A DNA stretch of 64,000 bases from assembly GCA_963805065.1 (NCBI GenBank), contig CAWDSS010000010.1:1112359-1176358 (forward strand), in the 5' to 3' direction. This document shows positions 27,630 through 36,977 of this stretch, one piece after another. How positions within the stretch are numbered: position 1 is the first letter of the stretch; the number at the start of each line of letters is the position of its first letter. Under the pieces are notes generated by a model. The model was not told the DNA's origin and did not search any database. It was given only the letters and a program-made list of their open reading frames with translations. Source of the stretch: Candidatus Omnitrophota bacterium. GTDB lineage: Bacteria > Omnitrophota > Gorgyraeia > Gygaellales > Profunditerraquicolaceae. The position numbers and the translations under genes are program-made.

Positions 27630-29714
27630 ATGCAAACAAACATCCTGAAAGTCAGATTCGGCAGAAACGATTTAATTTTAGAGACCGGTAAGATCGCTAA
27701 ACAGGCGAATGGTTCGGTTACTGTGCAATATGGCGGTACTGTGGTCCTGGTAACAGTTGTTATGTCTCATCAAATCAGGGAAGGCCAGGATTTCTTCCCT
27801 TTGACCGTGGAATACCAGGAAAAAACCTATGCAGCAGGCAGGATTCCCGGAGGATTTTTTAAGAGAGAAGGCAGGCCTTCTGAAAGTGAAATCCTCACTG
27901 CAAGGCTGATTGACCGGCCAATACGGCCACTCTTTCCTAAGGGCATGCTCAATGAAGTACAGATTATGGCTATTGTTTTATCCAGCGACGGTGAAAATGA
28001 TCCTGATATCTTGGCTGTAACCGGAGCATCAAGCGCATTATCGATTTCCGACATACCTTTTGATGGGCCGATAGCTTGCTGCCGTGTGGCCCGCGTTAGT
28101 AATGAATTCATTCTAAATCCCACTTATGCGGAGTTGGAGCTTTCTGATTTGGATGTGGTGGTGGCTGCAAACGCCAAAGGCATTATTATGCTTGAATCCA
28201 AGGCCAAGGAAGTGTCAGAGGAGATTTATCAGGAAGCTGTAAAATTCGGGTTTGATAATCTGCAGGCGATAATCAGCGCGCAGGAAGATTTTGCAGCTAA
28301 ATACGCCAAAACAAAATCCGAAGACATTCAATATAGTAAAATCGATTCCTTATTGCTGCAAAGAGTCCAGGAATTAACCAAGGCTAAATTAGAAGATGTT
28401 TATAAATTGAATAACAAGGAAGAGCGCGAGGAAGCCGTAGATTTATTATCCAAAGAATTAGACGAGAAACTTACGCCGGAAGGCTTTGCATCCTTCGATA
28501 TTAAAAACGCCCTTACCGAAATAGAAAAAAAACAGGTAAGAGAGACAATATTGAATGATTCTAAACGAGTCGACGGGAGGGGATTCAAAGATATCAGGCC
28601 TATTTCCTGCGAAGTTTCTTTTTTACCCCGAACACATGGTTCAGCTTTATTTACGCGCGGCCAAACCCAAAGTCTTGCTGTGACTACGCTAGGAACTGGA
28701 GAAGATGAGCAGATGATAGAAGCCCTGGAAGGAGAAAAATTCAAATCCTTCATGCTGCATTACAGTTTCCCGCCGTTTAGCGTAGGAGAAGTAGCTCCGG
28801 TGCGCGGGCCGGGAAGAAGAGAAATCGGCCATGGCGCGTTAGCCGAGAAATCACTTTTAGCAGTAATGCCTGCCAAAGAAAAATTCCCTTATACGATAAG
28901 GGTGGTTTCAGAGATTTTAGAATCCAACGGCTCATCCAGTATGGCTACGGTTTGCGCTGCTACATTATCGTTGATGGATGCAGGTGTGCCTATAAAAGAT
29001 ACTGTTGCGGGAATTGCTTTGGGGTTGGTTAAAGAAGGCCAGAAGTCCGTGATATTGACTGATATTGCCGGCTTAGAAGATCATTTCGGGGATATGGATT
29101 TTAAAGTTGCAGGGACAAAGTCAGGCGTAACTGCAGTGCAAATGGATCTGAAAATTGACGGGATCAATCTTGAATTATTGAAAAAATGCTTACAACAGGC
29201 AAAAGAAGCAAGGCTTGTAGTCTTAGAAAAGATGAATGCAGCCCTACCCACCCCGCGCCAGGATATTTCTTCCTATGCCCCGCGCATAGAAATTCTTAAA
29301 ATAAATACCGAAAAAATAGGTGCTCTTATCGGGCCAGGGGGCAAGACCATAAAAGGCATTATTGCCGCTACCGGAGCAAGCATTGATATTAAGGATGACG
29401 GGACTGTCTTAATAGGCTCTACTGATGCTGCTAAATCCGATGAGGCGATAAAAATGATAAAGGCAATAACGGAAGATGTAGAGGTAGGCAGGATTTATAC
29501 CTGCAAGGTAAAACGTATAACCAATTTCGGAGCGTTCTGCGAGATAGCCCCGGGAAAAGACGGCCTGGTGCATGTTTCTGAACTCGCCGAGAAGTTTGTA
29601 AAGAACGTAGAAGAGATAGTAAAAATCGGAGATGAAATTAAAGTCAAGGTAGTCGGCATCGACGAATTAGGCAGGATTAATTTAAGCAAGAAGCAGGCTG
29701 ACCAGAGTAGTTAA
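27630..29714 (+). CDS. pnp: Polyribonucleotide nucleotidyltransferase (PNPase)
   Basis: Two RNase PH domains, a KH domain (IGPGGKTIKGI) and an S1 domain (GRIYTCKVKRITNFGAFCEI). 694 aa. Confidence 0.96.
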   Translation: MQTNILKVRFGRNDLILETGKIAKQANGSVTVQYGGTVVLVTVVMSHQIREGQDFFPLTVEYQEKTYAAGRIPGGFFKREGRPSESEILTARLIDRPIRPLFPKGMLNEVQIMAIVLSSDGENDPDILAVTGASSALSISDIPFDGPIACCRVARVSNEFILNPTYAELELSDLDVVVAANAKGIIMLESKAKEVSEEIYQEAVKFGFDNLQAIISAQEDFAAKYAKTKSEDIQYSKIDSLLLQRVQELTKAKLEDVYKLNNKEEREEAVDLLSKELDEKLTPEGFASFDIKNALTEIEKKQVRETILNDSKRVDGRGFKDIRPISCEVSFLPRTHGSALFTRGQTQSLAVTTLGTGEDEQMIEALEGEKFKSFMLHYSFPPFSVGEVAPVRGPGRREIGHGALAEKSLLAVMPAKEKFPYTIRVVSEILESNGSSSMATVCAATLSLMDAGVPIKDTVAGIALGLVKEGQKSVILTDIAGLEDHFGDMDFKVAGTKSGVTAVQMDLKIDGINLELLKKCLQQAKEARLVVLEKMNAALPTPRQDISSYAPRIEILKINTEKIGALIGPGGKTIKGIIAATGASIDIKDDGTVLIGSTDAAKSDEAIKMIKAITEDVEVGRIYTCKVKRITNFGAFCEIAPGKDGLVHVSELAEKFVKNVEEIVKIGDEIKVKVVGIDELGRINLSKKQADQSS

Positions 29715-29716
29715 AG

Positions 29717-31900
29717 GTGAAAGAAAGAAGATTAAATGAAGTTAAAGGAGTTGTCCTTGTTGCGATAGGGCTTATGGTCTTGGCAAGCCTTATCAGGTTT
29801 GACCGCCTTGACTTACCACTTTACACATCTCATCCCAATATCCCTCCTCAAAATCTTTTGGGAATATTCGGAGCATACCTTGGTGGAATTATAGTATTTT
29901 TATTCGGTAGGCCCACCAGCTTTATTCTACCTATATTAATCCTGACTTTAGGGGTTAAATTTTTCCGCCAGAATGTACCTTATTTAAGTATCCCCAGGGT
30001 TCTGGGGATGCTGCTTCTTTTGTTATCCCTCAGTTCTCTTATAGGCATGTTTGTCGCCGGTAACGAATACTTAAGGTTTTATTATGCGGGGTTTTCAGGC
30101 ACCGTCATATCAAATATTATTACGGCTTACTTCAGCAGGTTAGGCGGTTTCATTATCTTTACCACCTTCATCATACTGTCATTAGCACTGGTTACAGAAA
30201 TCTTAATATCCTCCCTGTTTCTAAATATTGCAAAACAATCTAAGGCTGTCTTTGGCGCGATATTCAAATTTAAAAGAGAAAAGGCATTCCCGGTAAAAAT
30301 AAAGACAGGACAGGATAATAATTTAAAGATATCCGAGAAGAAAGAAAAAGAAGATTCCCTTGTTTCGCAGCTAAAAATCAAGACAGCTTTACCCAATGAG
30401 TTATCCAAGCCCAAAATACAGATAAAAGCAAAAGTTGCAACTCCAGAAGGAAAGATTAAACCAAGGGAATTGATAATAGGCGATTATCATCTACCTTCCC
30501 TGGATTTATTGGATTCGCCTCCGCCTCTTGAAGCAAGGCAGATCAAGGATGACTTAGAAGCTTCTGCGCGGATTCTTGAAGATACATTGGAAGATTTCGG
30601 TATTTCTGCTAAGGTAACCGATATCGAGCGCGGCCCGGTAATTACCCGTTATGAACTTGAGCCTGCGCCGGGAGTAAAATTAAATCGCATCGTGGCATTA
30701 AATGATGATATTGCCTTGGCAATGAAGGCGCAATCAGTGAGGATTCTTGCGCCCATCCCGGGAAAGGGCAGGGTAGGAGTAGAAGTACCCAATACGCAAA
30801 GTAGTTTTGTCTATTTAAAAGAAGTGCTTTCCTCCGGTGCCTTTCAGAATGCAAAATTTCCTCTTGCGTTAGCCTTAGGTAAAGACATTACAGGTCAGGC
30901 CATAGTTGCTGATTTGGATGAGATGCCTCATCTTTTGATTGCCGGTACCACGGGTTCGGGCAAAACCGTATGCGTTAATTCCCTGATACTGTCCCTTTTA
31001 TTCAAGTCAAGCCCCAATGATTTGAAATTTGTCATGGTTGACCCCAAAATGGTAGAATTAATGCCGTTTAACGGGCTGCCGCATTTATTGTGCCCTGTGG
31101 TCACCGATGCCAAGAAAACATCAGGCGCACTCAACTGGATAGTAAACGAGATGGAAGAACGTTATCAGCTCTTGGCAAAAGCCGGTGTAAGGAACATCGA
31201 GTCCTATAATGAAAAGGAAGAAAGAATACCTTATATTATAGTTATCATCGATGAATTTGCTGATTTGATGACTGTGGCAGCTGATCAGATTGAAAACGCA
31301 GTGACGCGCCTCGCGCAACTTTCCCGCGCAGTAGGCATACATCTTATATTAGCCACACAAAGGCCGTCGGTTGATGTTATCACAGGTGTTATCAAGGCAA
31401 ATTTACCGGCGCGCGTATCATTTAAGGTTGCTTCAAAAGTAGATTCCCGCACAGTCCTGGATATGAACGGAGCGGATAAACTTCTTGGCAAAGGCGACAT
31501 GTTGTTCTTGCGGCCAGGTGAATCAAAACTAATACGCATACAGGGAACCCTGGTGGGAGATAAAGAAATAGAAAAAGTTATGGATTTTATCAAACAGCAG
31601 GCAGAACCGGTTTATAACGAGGAGATTTTAAAGGAAAGCCAGAAATCCCATCTGATTAACGGAGAGAAGGACGAGCTTTACGATGAAGCAGTAAGGGTAA
31701 TTTTGGAGAGTAACCAAGCTTCGGTATCCATACTACAAAGACGCATGCGCCTCGGCTATACCCGCGCAGCACGTATTATTGATACTATGGAACAGGAAGG
31801 CCTTGTAGGGCCTTTTGAGGGAAGTAAGCCAAGAAAGATTTTAGTCGATAGAGAAGCCTGGCTGGCAAATGAAGCAAAACAAATGGGAGAACAAAAATAA
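29717..31900 (+). CDS. ftsK: DNA translocase FtsK
   Basis: N-terminal TM segments, Walker A AGTTGSGKT, Walker B IVIIDEFADL and a gamma wHTH domain (SVSILQRRMRLGYTRAARIID). Confidence 0.95.
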   Translation: MKERRLNEVKGVVLVAIGLMVLASLIRFDRLDLPLYTSHPNIPPQNLLGIFGAYLGGIIVFLFGRPTSFILPILILTLGVKFFRQNVPYLSIPRVLGMLLLLLSLSSLIGMFVAGNEYLRFYYAGFSGTVISNIITAYFSRLGGFIIFTTFIILSLALVTEILISSLFLNIAKQSKAVFGAIFKFKREKAFPVKIKTGQDNNLKISEKKEKEDSLVSQLKIKTALPNELSKPKIQIKAKVATPEGKIKPRELIIGDYHLPSLDLLDSPPPLEARQIKDDLEASARILEDTLEDFGISAKVTDIERGPVITRYELEPAPGVKLNRIVALNDDIALAMKAQSVRILAPIPGKGRVGVEVPNTQSSFVYLKEVLSSGAFQNAKFPLALALGKDITGQAIVADLDEMPHLLIAGTTGSGKTVCVNSLILSLLFKSSPNDLKFVMVDPKMVELMPFNGLPHLLCPVVTDAKKTSGALNWIVNEMEERYQLLAKAGVRNIESYNEKEERIPYIIVIIDEFADLMTVAADQIENAVTRLAQLSRAVGIHLILATQRPSVDVITGVIKANLPARVSFKVASKVDSRTVLDMNGADKLLGKGDMLFLRPGESKLIRIQGTLVGDKEIEKVMDFIKQQAEPVYNEEILKESQKSHLINGEKDELYDEAVRVILESNQASVSILQRRMRLGYTRAARIIDTMEQEGLVGPFEGSKPRKILVDREAWLANEAKQMGEQK

Positions 31901-31903
31901 GGC

Positions 31904-32701
31904 ATGGAACCCGCAGGAATAAGACTTAAGAAAATACGTTTAGAAAAAGGCATAACCTTAGAAGAGGTCCAGAAGAAAACCAAGATACATCTGAATATCT
32001 TAAAGGCCATAGAAGGCGAAAGCCTGACAAATTTAAGCCCGATATATTTAAAAGGCTTTTTAAAGATTTACTGCAAATTTTTAGGGGTGGATCCCGCTGA
32101 ATACATTGAGGACTATAAGGAATCTTCATATAAAATATCCCAGCCAAAGCAGGAAAAACCCGTACTTAAATCTGCTGTTAAGCCTTTAAAGTTACCGCCG
32201 TTTCGCCTGAATAAAAAAGTTATAAAGGCGATTTTGTTTATCGTAATAGTTTTTGTGCTTTGGACAATATTGTTTAATTTAGGTAAAGCAATTTACTCTA
32301 AAAGAAAAGTTATTCTTAAAAAACGAATTCAGATGGTAGAACAAAAAGAAAGCAAAAAGATTGTAAAATCGGAAAAAGCAAAACCGCAGGTAGCGGCCCC
32401 TAAGACGCAGGCAACTGAATCAGTGCGTAAAGAGACCTTATCCGCAATCACCTTAGGCATACGTGCACATGAAAATTGCTGGGTTTCTCTTAAAATCGAC
32501 GGAAAGCTGGTATTCCAAAGGGTCTTGGAAAAGGGCAGGTTCGAAAGCTGGCAGGCAAAAAATAAAATGGAGCTTTCTTTGGGTAATGCCGCAGCAGTGG
32601 AGTTGGAAGTTAATGGCCAGGTATTTTCCAATTTAGGCAGGAAAAAACAGGCAATAAAAAATATTCTGATTACAAAAGAAGGGCTAAAATTAGGCAAATG
32701 A
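31904..32701 (+). CDS. rodZ: RodZ-like cytoskeleton protein (HTH - TM - DUF4115)
   Basis: N-terminal XRE-type HTH (LKKIRLEKGITLEEVQKKTKI), a single TM (AILFIVIVFVLWTILF) and a C-terminal beta-rich domain. Confidence 0.75.
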   Translation: MEPAGIRLKKIRLEKGITLEEVQKKTKIHLNILKAIEGESLTNLSPIYLKGFLKIYCKFLGVDPAEYIEDYKESSYKISQPKQEKPVLKSAVKPLKLPPFRLNKKVIKAILFIVIVFVLWTILFNLGKAIYSKRKVILKKRIQMVEQKESKKIVKSEKAKPQVAAPKTQATESVRKETLSAITLGIRAHENCWVSLKIDGKLVFQRVLEKGRFESWQAKNKMELSLGNAAAVELEVNGQVFSNLGRKKQAIKNILITKEGLKLGK

Positions 32702-33951
32702 AACATAAAGAAAAAGTAGGTATCTTAAGCCTGGGCTGCCCCCGAAATCTGGTGGATTCAGAAAACATACTGGGCAGGCTACATCTAAAAGGCTTTCCCG
32801 TAGTTGATATTAATAAGGCAGATGTTGGTATTATAAATACCTGTGCCTTTATTGAAGATGCCCAAAAAGAATCCATAGAAGCCATACTGGATTTAATCGA
32901 TTTGAAAAGGGAAAGAAAACTTAAAAAAATAATTGTTTACGGCTGTTTAGCCCAGTGTTATAAGCAGGATTTAAGAAAAGAGTTCCCGCAAGTCGATGCT
33001 TTTATTGGCAGGCTGTCATTGAATCATGAGGTCAGGCGTTTCGCCCTTACGCCAAAGCACTATGCGTATCTAAAAATTTGCGAAGGCTGCATCAATAACT
33101 GCAGTTTTTGTGTCATACCTAAAATAAAGGGCAAATTCAGCAGCCTGGATTTTGATTCCATATTCAGAAAAGTAGAGGCATTTAATAAAAATAAACTATC
33201 TGAACTTAACATCATAGGGCAGGATATCACAGGGTTCGGCCGGGATTTATCAGGTAAGCCCCAGTTGGCAGGCCTGTTAAGAAAGATAGTTAAAGAATCT
33301 AGCAATATCGGCTGGATTCGGTTGCTTTACCTGCACCCGGCGCGTGTTTGTGATGAGTTATTACAATTGATTAAAGATACCCCCAAGATCTGTAAGTATA
33401 TTGACCTGCCGGTTCAGCACATAAGCGACAGGATACTAAAATTAATGAACAGGCAAACAACAAAGCGAGAGATATTAAGCCTAATCGAAAAAATACGTAA
33501 AAACATCCCCGGTGTTTGCCTGCGTACATCTGTTATTGCAGGGTTTCCTTCTGAAACAGATGAAGAATTTAAAGAGCTGCTTAAATTCATAGAAGAAGTA
33601 AAATTCGAGAGATTAGGTGCATTCATTTATTCAAGGGAAGAAGGCACAAAGGCATTCAGTTTTAAGAAACAAGTGCCCGAGAAGGTAAAAACGAAACGTT
33701 TTAATATGATTATGGCTCTTCAACAAAGAATTTCTTGCGATAATAACAAAAAATTATTGGGTAAAGTATTAGATGTATTGATTGACGAGAGGGACAAAGA
33801 CATATATCTTGGCCGTACTCAATTTGACGCTCCTGAGGTGGACGGGCTGGTATATGTAAGGTCTAATAAGACTCTAAGGCCGGGAGATTTTGTAAAGGTA
33901 AAAATCAGCGATACTATGGAATACGATTTAACAGGAGAGGTAGTATCATGA
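32698..33951 (+). CDS. rimO: Ribosomal protein S12 methylthiotransferase RimO
   Basis: LGCPRN N-terminal MTTase domain, radical-SAM cluster motif CINNCSFC, and a C-terminal TRAM domain. Confidence 0.85.
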   Translation: MKHKEKVGILSLGCPRNLVDSENILGRLHLKGFPVVDINKADVGIINTCAFIEDAQKESIEAILDLIDLKRERKLKKIIVYGCLAQCYKQDLRKEFPQVDAFIGRLSLNHEVRRFALTPKHYAYLKICEGCINNCSFCVIPKIKGKFSSLDFDSIFRKVEAFNKNKLSELNIIGQDITGFGRDLSGKPQLAGLLRKIVKESSNIGWIRLLYLHPARVCDELLQLIKDTPKICKYIDLPVQHISDRILKLMNRQTTKREILSLIEKIRKNIPGVCLRTSVIAGFPSETDEEFKELLKFIEEVKFERLGAFIYSREEGTKAFSFKKQVPEKVKTKRFNMIMALQQRISCDNNKKLLGKVLDVLIDERDKDIYLGRTQFDAPEVDGLVYVRSNKTLRPGDFVKVKISDTMEYDLTGEVVS

Positions 33952-34050
33952 ACCCCGCACCTTCTAGATATTCCAGTTTTTTAATAGGCAGGTGGTGGCT
34001 TGGGGGTATAACACATTGGTCAATGATGAATAAGAGAGAAGGTGCGGGGT
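33952..34050 (+). promoter_or_regulatory. Long-range 14-bp helix bridging the rimO stop and the pgsA SD/start codon
   Basis: ACCCCGCACCTTCT (33952-33965) is the perfect complement of AGAAGGTGCGGGGT (34037-34050). The 3' arm covers the GAAGGTG SD-like sequence and the first two nt of GTG 34049. Confidence 0.6.
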
Positions 34051-34627
34051 GAATATAGCTAATAGATTGACTATGCTTAGGATCGTGCTTACTTTTGTAT
34101 TTATGTTTTTTCTATTCGCTCATGGACTGTTGGCAAAAGTCCTTAGCCTGGTCGTTTTTATTTCCGCTGCCCTGTCTGATTTCTTCGATGGAATGATTGC
34201 CCATAGGAAGAATATGGTTACTGATTTCGGCAGGCTGATGGACCCTATTGCCGATAAGATTCTGGTATTGGCGGCGTTTGCAGCTTTCGTCCAGATGCAG
34301 TTGATTGATGCCTGGATGTTTGTGATTATTGTGTCGCGCGAAATCTTAATCACGTCGCTACGTTTATTTGCGCTCAATAAGGGTAAGGTATTATCAGCTG
34401 GCAGGGCCGGTAAACATAAGACCGTATCTCAGATGGCAGTAATATTTTCTATTTTAGGATTCATCGTGTTAAAAGAAGTAATGCTCACTTATTACACCTG
34501 GAATCCTGATTGGGAAAAGATATTCCGGCAGGGTATATACATTTTAATGCTGGTTACAGTAGGCCTCACCCTTTATTCAGGCTTAGCCTATCTTTGGGAA
34601 AACCGCAAGGTTATCGCAAGATTCTAG
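34049..34627 (+). CDS. pgsA: CDP-diacylglycerol--glycerol-3-phosphate 3-phosphatidyltransferase
   Basis: CDP-alcohol phosphatidyltransferase motif DFFDGMIAHRKNMVTDFGRLMDPIADK. Confidence 0.92.
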   Translation: MNIANRLTMLRIVLTFVFMFFLFAHGLLAKVLSLVVFISAALSDFFDGMIAHRKNMVTDFGRLMDPIADKILVLAAFAAFVQMQLIDAWMFVIIVSREILITSLRLFALNKGKVLSAGRAGKHKTVSQMAVIFSILGFIVLKEVMLTYYTWNPDWEKIFRQGIYILMLVTVGLTLYSGLAYLWENRKVIARF

Positions 34628-34634
34628 AATTCCC

Positions 34635-35102
34635 ATGAAAATCTCGCAAAAAATAATTATAGCCACAGCCACGTTTTTTTATGTAGGGTTTCTGCCTTTG
34701 ATACCGGGTACGTTCGGCAGTATCGCAGGTATAATTTTGTATTTTTTCGTTAAGAATAACATTTATGTTTTTATGGTTTCTTTGGCCTTGGTTATTATTT
34801 TGGGGTTGGTGTTCAGCGGCAGGGCAGAGAGAATATTTCAGAAGAAGGATGCAAGTTTTATAGTCATAGATGAAGTAGCCGGCATGTTATTAAGCCTGAT
34901 GTTCCTCCCTTTCGATATAAAATTGGTGGCCCTTGCTTTTTTAATTTTCCGCGCCCTTGATACACTAAAGCCTTTTCCTGCGGGCGCACTCCAGGAGCTA
35001 AGGGGGAGCCTTGGCATAATGAGTGATGATATAATCGCAGGGTTGTATACTAATATTATTCTTCAGGTGGCTTTGAGGCTGGTTTGTTTTAAGGCTTCGT
35101 AG
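34635..35102 (+). CDS. pgpA: Phosphatidylglycerophosphatase A
   Basis: PgpA family: GTFGS, IVIDEVAGM and DTLKPFP motifs. Confidence 0.88.
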   Translation: MKISQKIIIATATFFYVGFLPLIPGTFGSIAGIILYFFVKNNIYVFMVSLALVIILGLVFSGRAERIFQKKDASFIVIDEVAGMLLSLMFLPFDIKLVALAFLIFRALDTLKPFPAGALQELRGSLGIMSDDIIAGLYTNIILQVALRLVCFKAS

Positions 35103-35635
35103 ACAGGCCCTTTTGGGGTAAGGGTGCTTTTAAACAAAGTAATCTTCGTAACAAGAAATTCCAGATTCTCTATTCCAAAATCATTTATCCTTGGTTTTAA
35201 ATCCCGAACTAATTTTACCATATTCAAGCTTGACTTGGTCCTTCCCAGGGTGATATGGGAGGAAAATGGCCTTTTTTCTTTAGGAATGCCTAATTTTTGA
35301 ATTTTTTCTTCCAGGGATTTTGCAATTGCCTTGCTCTCAGTATCTCCTTTATCTAACCCTACCCAGATTACCCGCGGTGAACTGATTCTGGGAAATGCCC
35401 CTACCGAACAAATGCAGATGTCAAATGGCTTTGTGCTCTCGGCAACACTCTCCATAATTGAAATCACCTTATTCAGTTTATCTTCGTTAATTTCGCCGAG
35501 GAATTTCAAGGTCAAGTGAATGTTTTGCGGCTCAACCCATTTGATATCAGCACCGCTTGCCTTTAGTTTATCCTGCAATTGCGCTAATGAATCTTTGATT
35601 TCTTGAGGTAGCTCTATCGCAATAAATGTTCTCAT
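35063..35635 (-). CDS. thpR: RNA 2',3'-cyclic phosphodiesterase (2H family, LigT/ThpR)
   Basis: Two H-x-T/S-x motifs: HLTLKF and HITLGR. 190 aa. Confidence 0.9.
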   Translation of the reverse strand: MRTFIAIELPQEIKDSLAQLQDKLKASGADIKWVEPQNIHLTLKFLGEINEDKLNKVISIMESVAESTKPFDICICSVGAFPRISSPRVIWVGLDKGDTESKAIAKSLEEKIQKLGIPKEKRPFSSHITLGRTKSSLNMVKLVRDLKPRINDFGIENLEFLVTKITLFKSTLTPKGPVYEALKQTSLKAT

Positions 35636-35649
35636 CGCTTACACTTTTT

Positions 35650-36135
35650 TCTAATCAATCTATCGTTCCTCTCGCTTAAGCTATAATTCGCGGGTCCTGT
35701 CTTGGTGTGTTTTTCGCGAGGACGCTCGTTTTGCCCCGGCGTGGCAAAACTTCGCTCATCTCGGCTTCGTCGCTCTGCCTGACTTCATTTACGAGGGGCA
35801 TCCGTGCCCGCTCCTCGCCTCCATGCCTCGCTCAAAATCACCCCAAGCCACCCGCTAATATACTAGACGCTCGGAGGGTAATTGTAAGTGTTGAATGAAT
35901 ATGGCGGAGTGGATACCTGAGTGACTTTTTGTGGGTGACGAGGCTTGATTTGAGCAGCACATAAGGAAGCCGGAGCGGGCATGGTTTGCCTCGTTAGAAA
36001 AGTATCCAAGAGCGAAGGCTTCCGCTTGCGCGAAGCAATTCCACGCTGGGGAATTGCGAGCGATGCTGCGAAAACAAGCCTCGGCAGGACCCACAAAAAA
36101 TCGACTGCGCGACAAAGACCGACAGATTCATTTAA
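35650..36135 (-). ncRNA. GC-rich two-domain structured element, copy A (candidate large ncRNA; sense strand defined by homology to copy B)
   Basis: Reverse complement aligns block by block with 49925-50447. Helix strands are 36076-36099/35925-35944 (domain 1) and 35838-35854/35689-35708 (domain 2). One 60-nt line is 39/60 GC against a much lower background. Confidence 0.6.
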
Positions 36136-36141
36136 TAAGAA

Positions 36142-36612
36142 TTATTTAATTAAATCTTTTAGCAGCTCCAAAGCTTTAGTGGCTGATTTTTTTCGAATCG
36201 TAGCTCTGTTGCCGGAAAAATGAAATTCTTTGCAGATAGTTTGGTATTTGCTAGCTGTGGCAATAAATACTGTTCCTACGGGTTTTTGTGCAGTTCCTCT
36301 TGTAGGGCCGGCTATGCCGGTAATACCGATTCCATAATCGCTCTTCGCTATTCTTCTTACTGATTGAGCCATGTTTTGAGCTGTTGCTTGGGATACGGCG
36401 CCTTTTAGCGCAATAATGCTTTTGGGTATTTTTAAGACATTTTGCTTGGCTTTATTGCTGTAGGCCACGACTCCCAAAAGCAAATATTTGGAACTGCCTG
36501 GGATCGCAGTCAACGCAGCAGAGAGGAGGCCTCCAGTGCATGACTCTGCAATAGCAATGGTGTGATGATTTTTTATCAGGAGTTTATGTAATTGCATTAC
36601 AATGGGTTGCAT
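36142..36612 (-). CDS. pncC: Nicotinamide-nucleotide amidohydrolase PncC / CinA C-terminal domain protein
   Basis: IAIAESCTGGLLSAAL motif, GIGITGIAGP. 156 aa. Confidence 0.88.
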   Translation of the reverse strand: MQPIVMQLHKLLIKNHHTIAIAESCTGGLLSAALTAIPGSSKYLLLGVVAYSNKAKQNVLKIPKSIIALKGAVSQATAQNMAQSVRRIAKSDYGIGITGIAGPTRGTAQKPVGTVFIATASKYQTICKEFHFSGNRATIRKKSATKALELLKDLIK

Positions 36613-36729
36613 ATATATTAGATATAATACTTGACATCTTCGATGTCAAGTATAAGTTCGTGCATACAATTTATGTCACTATCATTCCATAAATTGTGCA
36701 CTTGCTTATTATATTCGTTATTAATTATA

Positions 36730-36757
36730 TTGACAAGCTAAATTTTTCTGCTATAAT
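36730..36757 (+). promoter_or_regulatory. Putative sigma70-type promoter (TTGACA-16-TATAAT) of the rib operon
   Basis: TTGACA at 36730-36735 and TATAAT at 36752-36757, about 10 nt before the FMN riboswitch. Confidence 0.6.
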
Positions 36758-36767
36758 TAATTCAATT

Positions 36768-36890
36768 AATCTTCAGGGCAAGGTGAGAATCCTAACCGGC
36801 GGTTTAGCCCGCGAGCCCGATCGAAAGAAAGGGCAGATCTGGTAAAATTCCAGAGCCGATGGTGACAGTCCAGATGAAAGAAGATTAAGA
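36768..36890 (+). ncRNA. FMN riboswitch (RFN element)
   Basis: CAGGGCAAGGTGAGAATCCTAACCGGCGGT...AGCCCGCGAGCC...GATCTGGTAAAATTCCAGAGCCGATGGTGACAGTCCAGATGAAAGAAGA matches the conserved RFN core. Located upstream of ribBA. Confidence 0.93.
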
Positions 36891-36896
36891 TATCAT

Positions 36897-36927
36897 GCCC
36901 GAAGATTATCTCTTCGGGTTGTTTATT
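36897..36927 (+). terminator. Riboswitch expression-platform terminator
   Basis: CCCGAAGA-TTATC-TCTTCGGG hairpin (36898-36918) followed by TTGTTTATT. Confidence 0.8.
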
Positions 36928-36977
36928 AATGAAGACACAACTTACGGAATGAAATGACATAAATTGTGCACTTACTT

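Noticed and set aside
35707-36223. Several 60-86 aa ORFs on both strands inside GC-rich element copy A (35707-35898 +, 35855-36115 -, 35863-36096 -, 35981-36223 +). They show apparent protein-level similarity to ORFs in copy B.
   Set aside because: All frames are open simply because the sequence is GC-rich. The similarity is present in several overlapping frames at once and is interrupted by indels (a 40-nt insertion and an unalignable linker). There are no SD/start contexts. The differences include paired compensatory changes in helices, which fits RNA/DNA structure rather than coding.
36613-36765. Repeated motif ATAAATTGTGCACTT(A/G)CTTAT (36691-36712 and 36960-36981), its inverted partial copy GTGCATACAATTTATGTCA (36659-36678), and the palindrome ACTTGACATCTTCGATGTCAAGT (36629-36651) around the rib promoter. 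Considered as a possible operator.
   Set aside because: Only two and a half copies are present and no associated regulator gene is nearby. One copy overlaps the ribBA start region. The evidence is insufficient to call a regulatory site, so it is noted only as a curiosity.
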